Source: an uncultured Acidobacteriota bacterium
GTDB taxonomy: Bacteria; Acidobacteriota; UBA890
Assembly (NCBI GenBank): GCA_964455175.1
Contig: CAYVUW010000006.1
Location: 8,720-72,719 of the forward strand
Length of the DNA stretch: 64,000 bases
Reading direction: 5' to 3'
The notes beneath the pieces were generated by a model. That model saw only the letters and a program-made list of their open reading frames with translations. It was not told the origin of the DNA and made no database searches. The stretch's first letter is position 1; each line of letters begins with the position of its first letter. The translations under genes and the position numbers were made by a program. Positions 1-8,690 of the stretch are shown in pieces.

Positions 1-610
1 CAACCGGTAGTGCCTCTGGATTGCCACCGCGCTCGAGCACCGCGACCGTGATTTCCTTGCCCTCAATGCGCTGCTCGACCAAAACACGGTCATCAAAAGC
101 AAAAGCCTGCTCGATCGCCGGCGCAAGCTCGGCGGTGTCTTTCCCGAATACGACGCCGAGCCCCGAACCTTGGCTCGACGGCTTAATCACGACGTCTTGA
201 CCTAATGTGTTAACTACCCGTTGTGCTCCAACATCGGCACCATCGCGTTTATAAACGACCACTTCGTCAGCCACCGGTAGCCCACGAGAACGAAAGAGCT
301 GCTTGGCGATGACCTTGTCCATCGCGCAGGCGCTCGAGGTTACGTCGCACCCGACGTATGGAATCTGCTGCACCTCAAGGAACCCTTGGAAAGTACCGTC
401 TTCGCCTGGAGGGCCATGAAATGTGGGGAACACAACGTCGGCAAACTCAGCCCCGAGCCCACCACCGACAAACTCCTCAAGCTCCATTAGGCTGACATTG
501 GCATAGGCCGTGCGCAGTGCCTCGGCGACACATTTGCCACTGACACGAGATACCTCAGCCTCAGCCGACAGGCCACCACACACAACTGCGACCACTGGGC
601 TTTCCTTCAC
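1..610 (-). CDS. ddl: D-alanine--D-alanine ligase, N-terminal 203 codons (C-terminus beyond window start)
   Basis: Minus-strand frame is open from the window edge to a GTG at 610..608. The translation VKESPVVAVVCGGLSAEAEVS...FPHFHGPPGEDGTFQGFLE...CMDKVIAKQLF...VVIKPSSQGSGLGV...IEGKEITVAVLE matches Ddl ATP-grasp landmarks (GGxSxEhEVS, HGxxGEDG, MDK, KPxxxGSS). It is absent from the ORF track because it runs off the edge. Confidence 0.8.
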   Translation of the reverse strand, partial: MKESPVVAVVCGGLSAEAEVSRVSGKCVAEALRTAYANVSLMELEEFVGGGLGAEFADVVFPTFHGPPGEDGTFQGFLEVQQIPYVGCDVTSSACAMDKVIAKQLFRSRGLPVADEVVVYKRDGADVGAQRVVNTLGQDVVIKPSSQGSGLGVVFGKDTAELAPAIEQAFAFDDRVLVEQRIEGKEITVAVLERGGNPEALPV

Positions 611-766
611 TCCGATAACTCCATTTACGGTAGACGTGTGTGCATGCCGACTTCATTGCGCAGAACTTGGCCAACAGGAAACTCGTCGGCTATATCGCTG
701 GCAAAGCGGACCATTAACTCTCTTTGCAACAATGTAATAGTACAAGGTTGGAGGACTTCGTCCCGA

Positions 767-2365
767 TCATTGCTGACGCAACGCTGGTGTCGTATCAGGC
801 GGTCGTCGATGTTGGGTGACCTGCTCGTAGGCATACGCTATGGCTATCAGTCGTGGTTCGCTCCAAGCATCACCAAAAATCTGCAGGCCTCCGGGCAACT
901 GCTGTCCACCTTCTTCGATCCAGCCCATCGGCACGGTGATAGCAGGAAAACCGGTCTGCGGAGACAACACCTGGCTGTTATCCCCACCGGGGGAGCGCAG
1001 ATCCCCGATAAGCCTCGGCACATTAGCCCATGTTGGGTAAACAAGTGCGTCGAGCTGTTCGTCCGCGAGAACGCCCGTAACTTGTTGTGCAAGGAGCCTC
1101 CGATTATCAGTTTGCTCGGCGCAGCGAATGCCGGGGTCTTCAAGACTTTCTTCAAGACCGCGCCTTATGCGGTCGCGAACGGTACGATCGTAACCACCCG
1201 ATTCAACAATCTCGGTGAGCGTTTTAACAGGGGCTTCTGGCCCGAGGGTAGCAAGGTAGGCGTTGATGTCGTAACGGAAACGTCTGCACGAAAACTGCAC
1301 GGTTTCATCCAGCATCGGGATGCTAACTGGATCGACGATTTGGGCACCTGCTGCCCGTAGATCGTCAAGCGCCCCGTTTAACAAGTCACGCATCCGCGGG
1401 TCGCCACTCTCGCGATCAACGATCTGCCGGACGACTCCGATGCGTGCCGCCACCAGCGCATTTGCGTCTAGAAATTGGTTGTAATCAACGGCGCGGCGCG
1501 AATCGGCCTCTACGGTTGTGGGGTCGGCCGGATCCGTACCAGCAAGTACGTCGAACACCGCCACGGCGTCAGCGACGGTTCGTGCCATCGGCCCACCAAT
1601 ATCGTGCGAGAAGGCCAGTGGAACGATGCCGTCACGGCTAGTCAGCCCGATCGTTGAACGAATCCCAACCAAGGCATTGTGAGACGACGGGCCGCGGATC
1701 GAGTTACCGGTATCAGTGCCCAAGCCAACAACGCCGAAGCTCGCCGCTACCGCGGCTCCCGTGCCTCCGCTGCTACCTGCTGGCACCCGGTTAGTTGCAT
1801 ATGGGTTACGAGTAAAGCCTGGGATTCGCGAGCCTATTGTCTCGTTAGGCGAGAAGGCAAACTCCGCCATATTGGATTTGGCCAAGACTATAGCGCCAGC
1901 CTCCCGGATGCGGCGCACCTGAAACGAATCGTCGGGAGGCATCGACTCGGCGAGCGATGCAGACCCAGCAGTAGTCGGCATACCAGCGAAATCATAGTTA
2001 TCCTTCACAATCATTGGGATGCCATGCAGAGGCCCTGTCAGCCCTGACTCAGCGAACGCAACGTCTAGTTCGTCGGCACGCGCCAAGGCGCCCGGGTTGA
2101 TCTCAATGATGGCGTTGAGGGCCGCGTTGCGTTTGTCGTATGCCTCGATACGCGCCAGATAGTCTTCCACCAACTGCCGAGCTGTCACCCGTCGGTCCTG
2201 CATCGCCAGGTGAACATCGGCAATGGTGGTTTCAACAACGTCGAAGCCGGTGGTCTCCTGTTGGACCCCAACGATCGTGTCCAGAAACTGGCAAGAAGCG
2301 ACCACGATACATAGGAACACGAGGACGGGGATCAATAATCGATTTTCACGAATCCGCGAAGCCAT
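767..2365 (-). CDS. amidase-signature family amidase, lipoprotein signal
   Basis: ORF 767..2392. The amidase signature GGSSGGTGAAVAASFGVVGLGTDTGNSIRGPSS is present. The start is moved to the second Met (MASRIREN), which has AAGGAG 6 nt upstream. The N-terminus LLIPVLVFLCIVVASC carries a lipobox. Confidence 0.85.
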   Translation of the reverse strand: MASRIRENRLLIPVLVFLCIVVASCQFLDTIVGVQQETTGFDVVETTIADVHLAMQDRRVTARQLVEDYLARIEAYDKRNAALNAIIEINPGALARADELDVAFAESGLTGPLHGIPMIVKDNYDFAGMPTTAGSASLAESMPPDDSFQVRRIREAGAIVLAKSNMAEFAFSPNETIGSRIPGFTRNPYATNRVPAGSSGGTGAAVAASFGVVGLGTDTGNSIRGPSSHNALVGIRSTIGLTSRDGIVPLAFSHDIGGPMARTVADAVAVFDVLAGTDPADPTTVEADSRRAVDYNQFLDANALVAARIGVVRQIVDRESGDPRMRDLLNGALDDLRAAGAQIVDPVSIPMLDETVQFSCRRFRYDINAYLATLGPEAPVKTLTEIVESGGYDRTVRDRIRRGLEESLEDPGIRCAEQTDNRRLLAQQVTGVLADEQLDALVYPTWANVPRLIGDLRSPGGDNSQVLSPQTGFPAITVPMGWIEEGGQQLPGGLQIFGDAWSEPRLIAIAYAYEQVTQHRRPPDTTPALRQQ

Positions 2366-2438
2366 GGAGTCTCCTTTGTTTCTCTGGGACAAGGGGCAAC
2401 CGGCACCAGTCCGCTAAATTGCCCATTGATTTTGACGT

Positions 2439-3692
2439 TCAATCGACTGGTGACCCTTCCAGAAGGTAGTCGAACTCAATGAGTTCGGCGCCGTTTTCGG
2501 TACAGATTGCATAACCCTGGCCACCACCATACATCTGCACGCCGGTGTAGCGACTTTGCTTGTCGAGGGCAAAAAAGCGCACGTTGAAGGCTGGCTCCCC
2601 TCGGCTATTAAGCAATCTTTCTTCGATAGTATTCGTGCGGATTCGTCGAAGGCCTTCAATCGCCGCATCCTTGGGGTGCATTCCGTCGCGCATCTTCTCG
2701 ACAATCAGAAACGACGAAAGATTGAAGAGGTTGGCCTCACCCCGACCAGTCGAGCCACAGGCACCAACGTCACCGTCAACATAAAGGCCAGCGCCTAAGA
2801 TCGGCGAGTCACCGGCCCGGCCCGGAATCTTCCACGACAAGCCGCTAGTTGTCGTCACTCCACAGATTTCGCCGGCGGCGTTGATACCGTTGCAGTTGAT
2901 CGTGCCCCAGAAGCTATGCTCAGAGATAAAGCCTTCGCGCACCATGTCAAGGGCAGCCTGGTAGCCACGCCACGCAAGGTCACGGTGCTGCTCCAATGAT
3001 TGCCCAATTCCATCTGAGCCCCCATCGGCGTCAATCCCGCGACCACCACGACGACGAATAGGACGGTCATCGGGATCGAGGTAGTGCTCTGGATCGACGC
3101 GTTGGCGCCATTCTAGCCACAGATTACGCGAATGGTCGGTGTTGAGATCGGCTTCGATCTCAAATCCCATGTTTCGGGCAAAGTCCTGGGCCCCCTGGCC
3201 TACCAGCAGGTGGTGATCAGTGTAGTCAGCGACAGCCTTGGCAACCAGCGAAGGCGTGCGCACGCCTTCGAGCCCGGCAACACCACCGGCACGCTTCTTC
3301 GGCCCGTGCATACAGCACGCATCAAGCTGTACGACACCACGTTCGTTAGGCAAACCACCATAGCCAATCCCAGTCTCGGTGGGATCGTTTTCAGGGATGT
3401 TCACCCCTGCAATCACCGCATCGAGCACATCCTCGCCCTCGGTGATCATCTGGAAAGCTTTCTCGACTGCGTTCATCGTGCCGCCGTTGCGATAGCCGAA
3501 ACCGCTGTAGTCGGAAATAACCATCGGCGTTGTACCCTGCGTGGAAAGCATCTCAGGGCTCCGGGAGAGGGCCGGACTCAAAACATTATGTTCACTGGAA
3601 GCAGCCGCAAGGGCTGATCGTCCGGTCGCCACTGCCACGCCCGCAGCCGCACCGGTGGTAACGAAATCGCGACGATTAATCTTCTTCTTCAT
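2439..3692 (-). CDS. Ntn-hydrolase asparaginase-2 family protein (isoaspartyl peptidase / L-asparaginase / glycosylasparaginase-like), Tat-exported
   Basis: ORF 2439..3809. The start is placed at the internal MKKKINRRDFVTTGAAAGVAVATG, a Tat RR motif, with GGAGG 8 nt upstream. The body has asparaginase_2 features (GTINCNGINAAGE, GAGLYVDGDVGACGSTGRGE). Confidence 0.75.
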   Translation of the reverse strand: MKKKINRRDFVTTGAAAGVAVATGRSALAAASSEHNVLSPALSRSPEMLSTQGTTPMVISDYSGFGYRNGGTMNAVEKAFQMITEGEDVLDAVIAGVNIPENDPTETGIGYGGLPNERGVVQLDACCMHGPKKRAGGVAGLEGVRTPSLVAKAVADYTDHHLLVGQGAQDFARNMGFEIEADLNTDHSRNLWLEWRQRVDPEHYLDPDDRPIRRRGGRGIDADGGSDGIGQSLEQHRDLAWRGYQAALDMVREGFISEHSFWGTINCNGINAAGEICGVTTTSGLSWKIPGRAGDSPILGAGLYVDGDVGACGSTGRGEANLFNLSSFLIVEKMRDGMHPKDAAIEGLRRIRTNTIEERLLNSRGEPAFNVRFFALDKQSRYTGVQMYGGGQGYAICTENGAELIEFDYLLEGSPVD

Positions 3693-3908
3693 TAAAGAAA
3701 CCTCCGGAATTAGAGAAGTGGCAGGATTCTCGCACGCCCCTGAGGGCATGTCGCTGCATGGGTTCGGGTGCCAGAGAAACTTGTTCCCCAAAGGGTTCGT
3801 TAAGCTCACGGGCCTTGTTCTCAGGCCTGATCAACGGCATATTGCCATCAACTTACAATCACCAAGAATTAACCTAGTAGGTTCCCAACAACAAACGGCC
3901 AAAAAGAG

Positions 3909-5729
3909 ATGAGCGAATCCAAGATCAACAACATCCAAACTGTCCCGTTCACCGACACGACCGCCACCGAGGACGATGAACCCATCGTTGCTATCGAAGG
4001 GCTCGATCGACGCTCGTTTATGGGTTTCTTTGCTGGCACAAGCTTGGCCGGAACACTTTTCCCCGGGGTGCTGTGGGCCCAAAGCCGCGGAGGGCAAGGA
4101 CAAGCTTCGGAACCCACAATCACCGCCGCTATGATCGCCGAAGCCGAGAAGATTGCAGGCCTCGAACTAACCGACGAGGAGCGGGAAGCGATGCGCCAAG
4201 GTCTTGATCGCAATACCGCTTCCTATCAACAGATCCGAGATCTGAAGATCCCCAATGAGGTACCGCCTTCTCTATTGTTCGAACCAGCTATGCCCGGGGT
4301 CGAAGTGGATCTTGACCGCGACGAGATTCCGATTCGGGTGAGTCGCCAAAGCCCACCGGCCGTCGGTGACGACCTCGAGGAGCTAGCATTCTTACCTCTG
4401 ACCCAGCTTTCCGAGTTGGTCCGGACCCGGCAAGTAAGCTCCGAGCAGCTCACGTTGATGTATCTCGACCGTCTCGAACGCTATAACCCAAAGCTGCTCT
4501 TTGCCGTCAATCTCACCCATGACTTAGCAATGAAGCAAGCACGCCGCGCCGACCAGGAAATCGCTCTGGGCAATTACCGCGGGCCTTTACACGGAATCCC
4601 ATGGGGAGCTAAGGATCTATTGGCTACGCGCGACTACCCGACGAGTTGGGGGGCAGAACCTTATAAGGACCAGATCATTCCCACCGACGCCACCGTTGTG
4701 CGGCGCCTCGATGAGGCTGGCGCCGTGTTGGTAGCCAAGCTAACGCTCGGTGCCTTAGCTCAGGGCGACCGCTGGTTCGGCGGCAGGACCCGCAACCCAT
4801 GGGACACTACCCAGGGATCAAGCGGTTCATCGGCTGGTCCTGGATCAGCTACTGCCGCCGGTTGTGTCGGGTTTTCCATTGGAACGGAGACGCGCGGCAG
4901 TATCACCTCCCCAAGCACACGTAACGGAATCACCGGTCATCGGCCAACTTTCGGTCGCGTCAGCCGTGCCGGCGCCATGGCCCTATCGTGGAGCATGGAC
5001 AAGATCGGGCCGATGTGCCGAAGCGCTGAGGACTGCGCGCTAGTATTCGCCGCTATCCACGGCTCCGATGGCCTCGACCCGACAGCCCGTACCGTGCCGT
5101 TTTCCTGGGATCCGTACCGTGACCCGCGGGCATTACGAGTCGGTTATCTCGCCAATGCCTTCGAGCAGGCATCAGGCTACGACAACCGCGAGCTCGACCT
5201 TGCGACTCTGCGCACCCTTCGTGAAGAAATCGGTATAGAGATGGTTCCAGTCGCGCTGCCTGACTTCCCGGTCGGAGCAATGAACTTTATCCTCACCGCT
5301 GAGGCTGGCGCCGCATTTGAGGAACTAACGCTCAGTGGTCGCGACGACCTGATGGAAAACTCGTCCTGGCCGAACACCTTCCGAACTTCGCGCCTCATCC
5401 CGGCAGTCGACTACATCAACGCTAACCGGGCCCGAACGATTTACATGCAACACTTCTCGGAAGTCATGCGTGACATCGACGTTTTTGTTGCTCCGACCCG
5501 ACGTGGCGGCGTGGTCGGTGCCACTAACCTGACCGGCCACCCTCAGGTGGCAGTACCAAACGGCTTTAGCGAACAAGGCACGCCCTACAGCATCTCGTTC
5601 GTGGGCGGCCTCTATAAAGATGCCGAAGCGTTACTCCTCGCCCACGCTTATCAGCAGGTCAGCGATTTCCACCTGCGCCACCCTGATATAGACGCCCAGC
5701 CGATGCCACAGGAAGAAGGGAGTCAATAG
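3909..5729 (+). CDS. amidase-signature family amidase, Tat signal
   Basis: 606-aa ORF. The Tat motif LDRRSFMGFFAGTSLAG is present. The amidase signature region reads GSSGSSAGPGSATAAGCVGFSIGTETRGSITSPS. Confidence 0.85.
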   Translation: MSESKINNIQTVPFTDTTATEDDEPIVAIEGLDRRSFMGFFAGTSLAGTLFPGVLWAQSRGGQGQASEPTITAAMIAEAEKIAGLELTDEEREAMRQGLDRNTASYQQIRDLKIPNEVPPSLLFEPAMPGVEVDLDRDEIPIRVSRQSPPAVGDDLEELAFLPLTQLSELVRTRQVSSEQLTLMYLDRLERYNPKLLFAVNLTHDLAMKQARRADQEIALGNYRGPLHGIPWGAKDLLATRDYPTSWGAEPYKDQIIPTDATVVRRLDEAGAVLVAKLTLGALAQGDRWFGGRTRNPWDTTQGSSGSSAGPGSATAAGCVGFSIGTETRGSITSPSTRNGITGHRPTFGRVSRAGAMALSWSMDKIGPMCRSAEDCALVFAAIHGSDGLDPTARTVPFSWDPYRDPRALRVGYLANAFEQASGYDNRELDLATLRTLREEIGIEMVPVALPDFPVGAMNFILTAEAGAAFEELTLSGRDDLMENSSWPNTFRTSRLIPAVDYINANRARTIYMQHFSEVMRDIDVFVAPTRRGGVVGATNLTGHPQVAVPNGFSEQGTPYSISFVGGLYKDAEALLLAHAYQQVSDFHLRHPDIDAQPMPQEEGSQ

Positions 5730-7414
5730 TGACGGCAATGGCCAGCCGCCAACAAGATTCCAGCCGCTTGCGGCGACTTGTCGCAATTGTGGTGGGAGGG
5801 ATTGTTGCAATCGCAATAACGGTGCCGGGGTTGTCGCAGCAAACCGAAATCTATGACCTGTTAATCGTTAACGGTCGTCTCATCGACGGAACTGGCAACG
5901 CTTGGATCTACGCTGATGTCGGCATCCAAGGTGCCCGAATTGAACAAATTGCTCCCCGGGGAGGGCTTGCCACCCTCGCCGCCAAAGAAACCATCGATGC
6001 CATGGGAATGGTTGTCGCCCCTGGTTTCATCGACATTCAGAGCCATTCGCGGAGTCAATTTCTCGCCGGCGACGGGCGGGTGATCAGCAAAATAACCCAG
6101 GGGATTACGACAGAGATAATGGGCGAGGGCACGAGTAACGCACCAGGAGCCAACTTTCGCGGTCCGCGAGCTTTCAATGAGTGGCTTACCGCAATGCAGG
6201 AGCACGGTGCCTCACCTAATTTCGGCTCATTCGTCGGTGGCTCGAGCGTGCGCCACTGGGTGATGGGTGATGCCCTAGGGGAACCAAATGCCGAAGAACT
6301 CGGACAGATGCGGCGGCTCGTTCATAACGCCATGATCGATGGAGCTTTCGGGGTCGCTACCGCGCTAGTTTATCCGCCAGGAAACTTCGCGACCACGGAA
6401 GAGTTGATCGCGATGGCCGATGCGATGGCACCTTATGGAGGTGTCTACATCACCCACCTACGCTCCGAGGCCGACACGTTGCTCAAAGCCATCGATGAGG
6501 CAATCCGTATCGGCCGTGAGGGCCAGGTTCCGGTTGAGATCTTCCATCTCAAGGCAGCGGGGCGCCGGAACTGGTACAAGGCGGACCTAGCCATAGCTCG
6601 CATTGAGGCGGCACGCGCCGAAGGCCTAGACGTACAGGCCAACATGTACCCATATACCGCCGGGGGCACTAGCTTGACTGCCTGCTTGCCTCCACGGGCG
6701 TCGGCCAATAACAAACTGTTTGAGAACCTCACAGACCCCACCACGCGGGCCACGATCCGCGATGAGATCATGAACCAAAAGACGGTGTGGGAGAACTTCT
6801 GCTCCCTTGCTGGCCCCGACGGTGTTTTAATTCTTCGCCTCCGCAAGGAAGAAAATAAGCAGTATACCGGCATGTACCTATCGGAAATCGCCGCCGCGAT
6901 GGGCAAGGAGTGGGTTGACGCCCTCATCGACCTGATCGTGTCGGAGGAAGGTGGCCCGCCCACGATCTACTTTATGATGAGCGAGAAGAACGTCGCCCTG
7001 CAGTTGGCGCAGCCGTGGATGAAGTTTGGCACCGATGCCGGCGGCGTCGACCCAGGGCGATCCGGAACGCTGACCCACCCTCGCGCATACGGAACATTCC
7101 CCCGAATTCTCGGCAAGTACGTCCGTGAGGAACGCATCATGTCGCTCGAAGAAGCCATCCGAAAAATGACCTCGGCGGTTACCAATCGACTGTCGATCCA
7201 AGACCGGGGGCTATTGCGTGAGGGCTACTTCGCCGACATCGTTGTCTTTAACCCGGCGACCATCAGCGACATGGCAACCTATGAGCAACCGCACCAAGTT
7301 TCACAGGGGATGCGATGGGTTCTCGTTAACGGCACCGTGGTCTTGCGCGCAGGCGAGCACACCGGTGCACTTCCCGGGCGAATCTTGCGGGGCCCTGGCT
7401 TCGTGCCGCAATAG
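5729..7414 (+). CDS. N-acyl-D-amino-acid deacylase (D-aminoacylase) family amidohydrolase
   Basis: 561-aa ORF. The GTG start overlaps the upstream stop (TAGTG), which suggests translational coupling. The N-terminus LLIVNGRLIDGTGNAWIYADVGIQGARI...PGFIDIQSHS is typical of D-aminoacylase / amidohydrolase-3. Confidence 0.75.
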   Translation: MTAMASRQQDSSRLRRLVAIVVGGIVAIAITVPGLSQQTEIYDLLIVNGRLIDGTGNAWIYADVGIQGARIEQIAPRGGLATLAAKETIDAMGMVVAPGFIDIQSHSRSQFLAGDGRVISKITQGITTEIMGEGTSNAPGANFRGPRAFNEWLTAMQEHGASPNFGSFVGGSSVRHWVMGDALGEPNAEELGQMRRLVHNAMIDGAFGVATALVYPPGNFATTEELIAMADAMAPYGGVYITHLRSEADTLLKAIDEAIRIGREGQVPVEIFHLKAAGRRNWYKADLAIARIEAARAEGLDVQANMYPYTAGGTSLTACLPPRASANNKLFENLTDPTTRATIRDEIMNQKTVWENFCSLAGPDGVLILRLRKEENKQYTGMYLSEIAAAMGKEWVDALIDLIVSEEGGPPTIYFMMSEKNVALQLAQPWMKFGTDAGGVDPGRSGTLTHPRAYGTFPRILGKYVREERIMSLEEAIRKMTSAVTNRLSIQDRGLLREGYFADIVVFNPATISDMATYEQPHQVSQGMRWVLVNGTVVLRAGEHTGALPGRILRGPGFVPQ

Positions 7415-7465
7415 TCGGCGGCAACTCTTGGCACCCACGATCAGCAAATAGCAAGCCTGAATATT

Positions 7466-8536
7466 TCACGGCTTCATGGCTGACTGTATGCTGAGTAATT
7501 CGCCAATGTTATCTGTGGTGACAATGCCAACCAGAGATCCTGCCCGCAAAACAGGGATCATCGAGCACTGTGAATCTTGCAGTCTTTGCATCACGGGCCC
7601 AAGCATCTCAAATGAGTCGGCGGTCTCGAAGTTGCGGTCCATGATGCTGCCGACCAGGATGCCTTGACCATCGTTTGCAATCGCCCGGAAAAGCTCTGCT
7701 TGGGTTAGCACCCCAACTACGATGCCCATCTCAACTACGGGGAAATCCTTCTGCGCTGTAGACAGCGTCAACGAGACAGCATGCGACAAGGGCTCATCGG
7801 GTGTGACCGCATGGAATTCTGTGATCATTGCTTGTGCCACCGGAACGCCGCTGAGCGCCGAGCGCATCTGCACCGCGCCTGCTTCCTGTGATGCACCGAT
7901 CCACACAAAAAGCGCAATGAATATCAAGAAAGCGTTGTAACGCAGACCGACAAGCGCGAACAGAAGCGCCATTCCCTGCCCGATCGTGGCCGCCACCTGT
8001 GTGGCCTTCGCATAGTTCATCCGCATCGCTAGCACGGCGCGCAGCACACGCCCACCATCCATGGGAAATGCCGGCAGCATGTTGAAAAGAACCAATACGA
8101 GGTTAATGACCATGATGCGCTCAAGGAATGAGCCCGCTGTGTAACTCATTGAGGTGGTTGGCTGATACTCCCCTTCGATCAGCAAAACAACAAAGAGCAT
8201 CAACGCAATCACGACGTTCACGGCCGGACCAGCGACCGCCACCCAGAATTCCTGCCGTGGCTCTTCGGGCATCTTCTCCAGGCGAGCTACCCCGCCAATC
8301 GGCAGCAATGTGATGTCACTGGTCTTGATCCCGTAGTGACCTGCTGTCAGCGCGTGGCCGAGTTCATGCAACACAACACAGGTGAACAGCGTCAGGATGA
8401 ATACCAAGCTGGTTAGCGTCCCAAAGAGACCTTCACCCTCGGATGTCCAGACTACCCACAGCAAAATAAGAACGAACGTCGAGTGGACGTAGATCGGGAT
8501 CCCTGTAACCGAGCCGATCTTCCAGGACCATTTCAT
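7466..8536 (-). CDS. site-2 protease (M50) family zinc metallopeptidase with C-terminal CBS domain pair
   Basis: The HExxH motif (HELGHALTAGH) and the NMLPAFPMDGG (LDG) motif are present in a polytopic membrane N-terminus. The C-terminal 120 aa are CBS-like. Confidence 0.8.
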   Translation of the reverse strand: MKWSWKIGSVTGIPIYVHSTFVLILLWVVWTSEGEGLFGTLTSLVFILTLFTCVVLHELGHALTAGHYGIKTSDITLLPIGGVARLEKMPEEPRQEFWVAVAGPAVNVVIALMLFVVLLIEGEYQPTTSMSYTAGSFLERIMVINLVLVLFNMLPAFPMDGGRVLRAVLAMRMNYAKATQVAATIGQGMALLFALVGLRYNAFLIFIALFVWIGASQEAGAVQMRSALSGVPVAQAMITEFHAVTPDEPLSHAVSLTLSTAQKDFPVVEMGIVVGVLTQAELFRAIANDGQGILVGSIMDRNFETADSFEMLGPVMQRLQDSQCSMIPVLRAGSLVGIVTTDNIGELLSIQSAMKP

Positions 8537-8690
8537 GGTGCACAGCTCATGGGCTCATGACAACGCCGCTGCAATTGGGCGCTGCCCAAAGGCTACGCCC
8601 TCGTCGCTTCATCAACAAACAACCACAGCACGCTAGAGAGCAGCTGGGGAGATTAGTTCGGAAGCTACGCCTCTAGTACGCTGATAAACA

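Noticed and set aside
510-1360. ORFs 510..737, 625..834, 638..1360 and 840..1040
   Set aside because: They overlap the ddl N-terminus and the amidase gene in other frames or on the opposite strand. They are typical high-GC spurious frames with no recognisable motifs and no SD.
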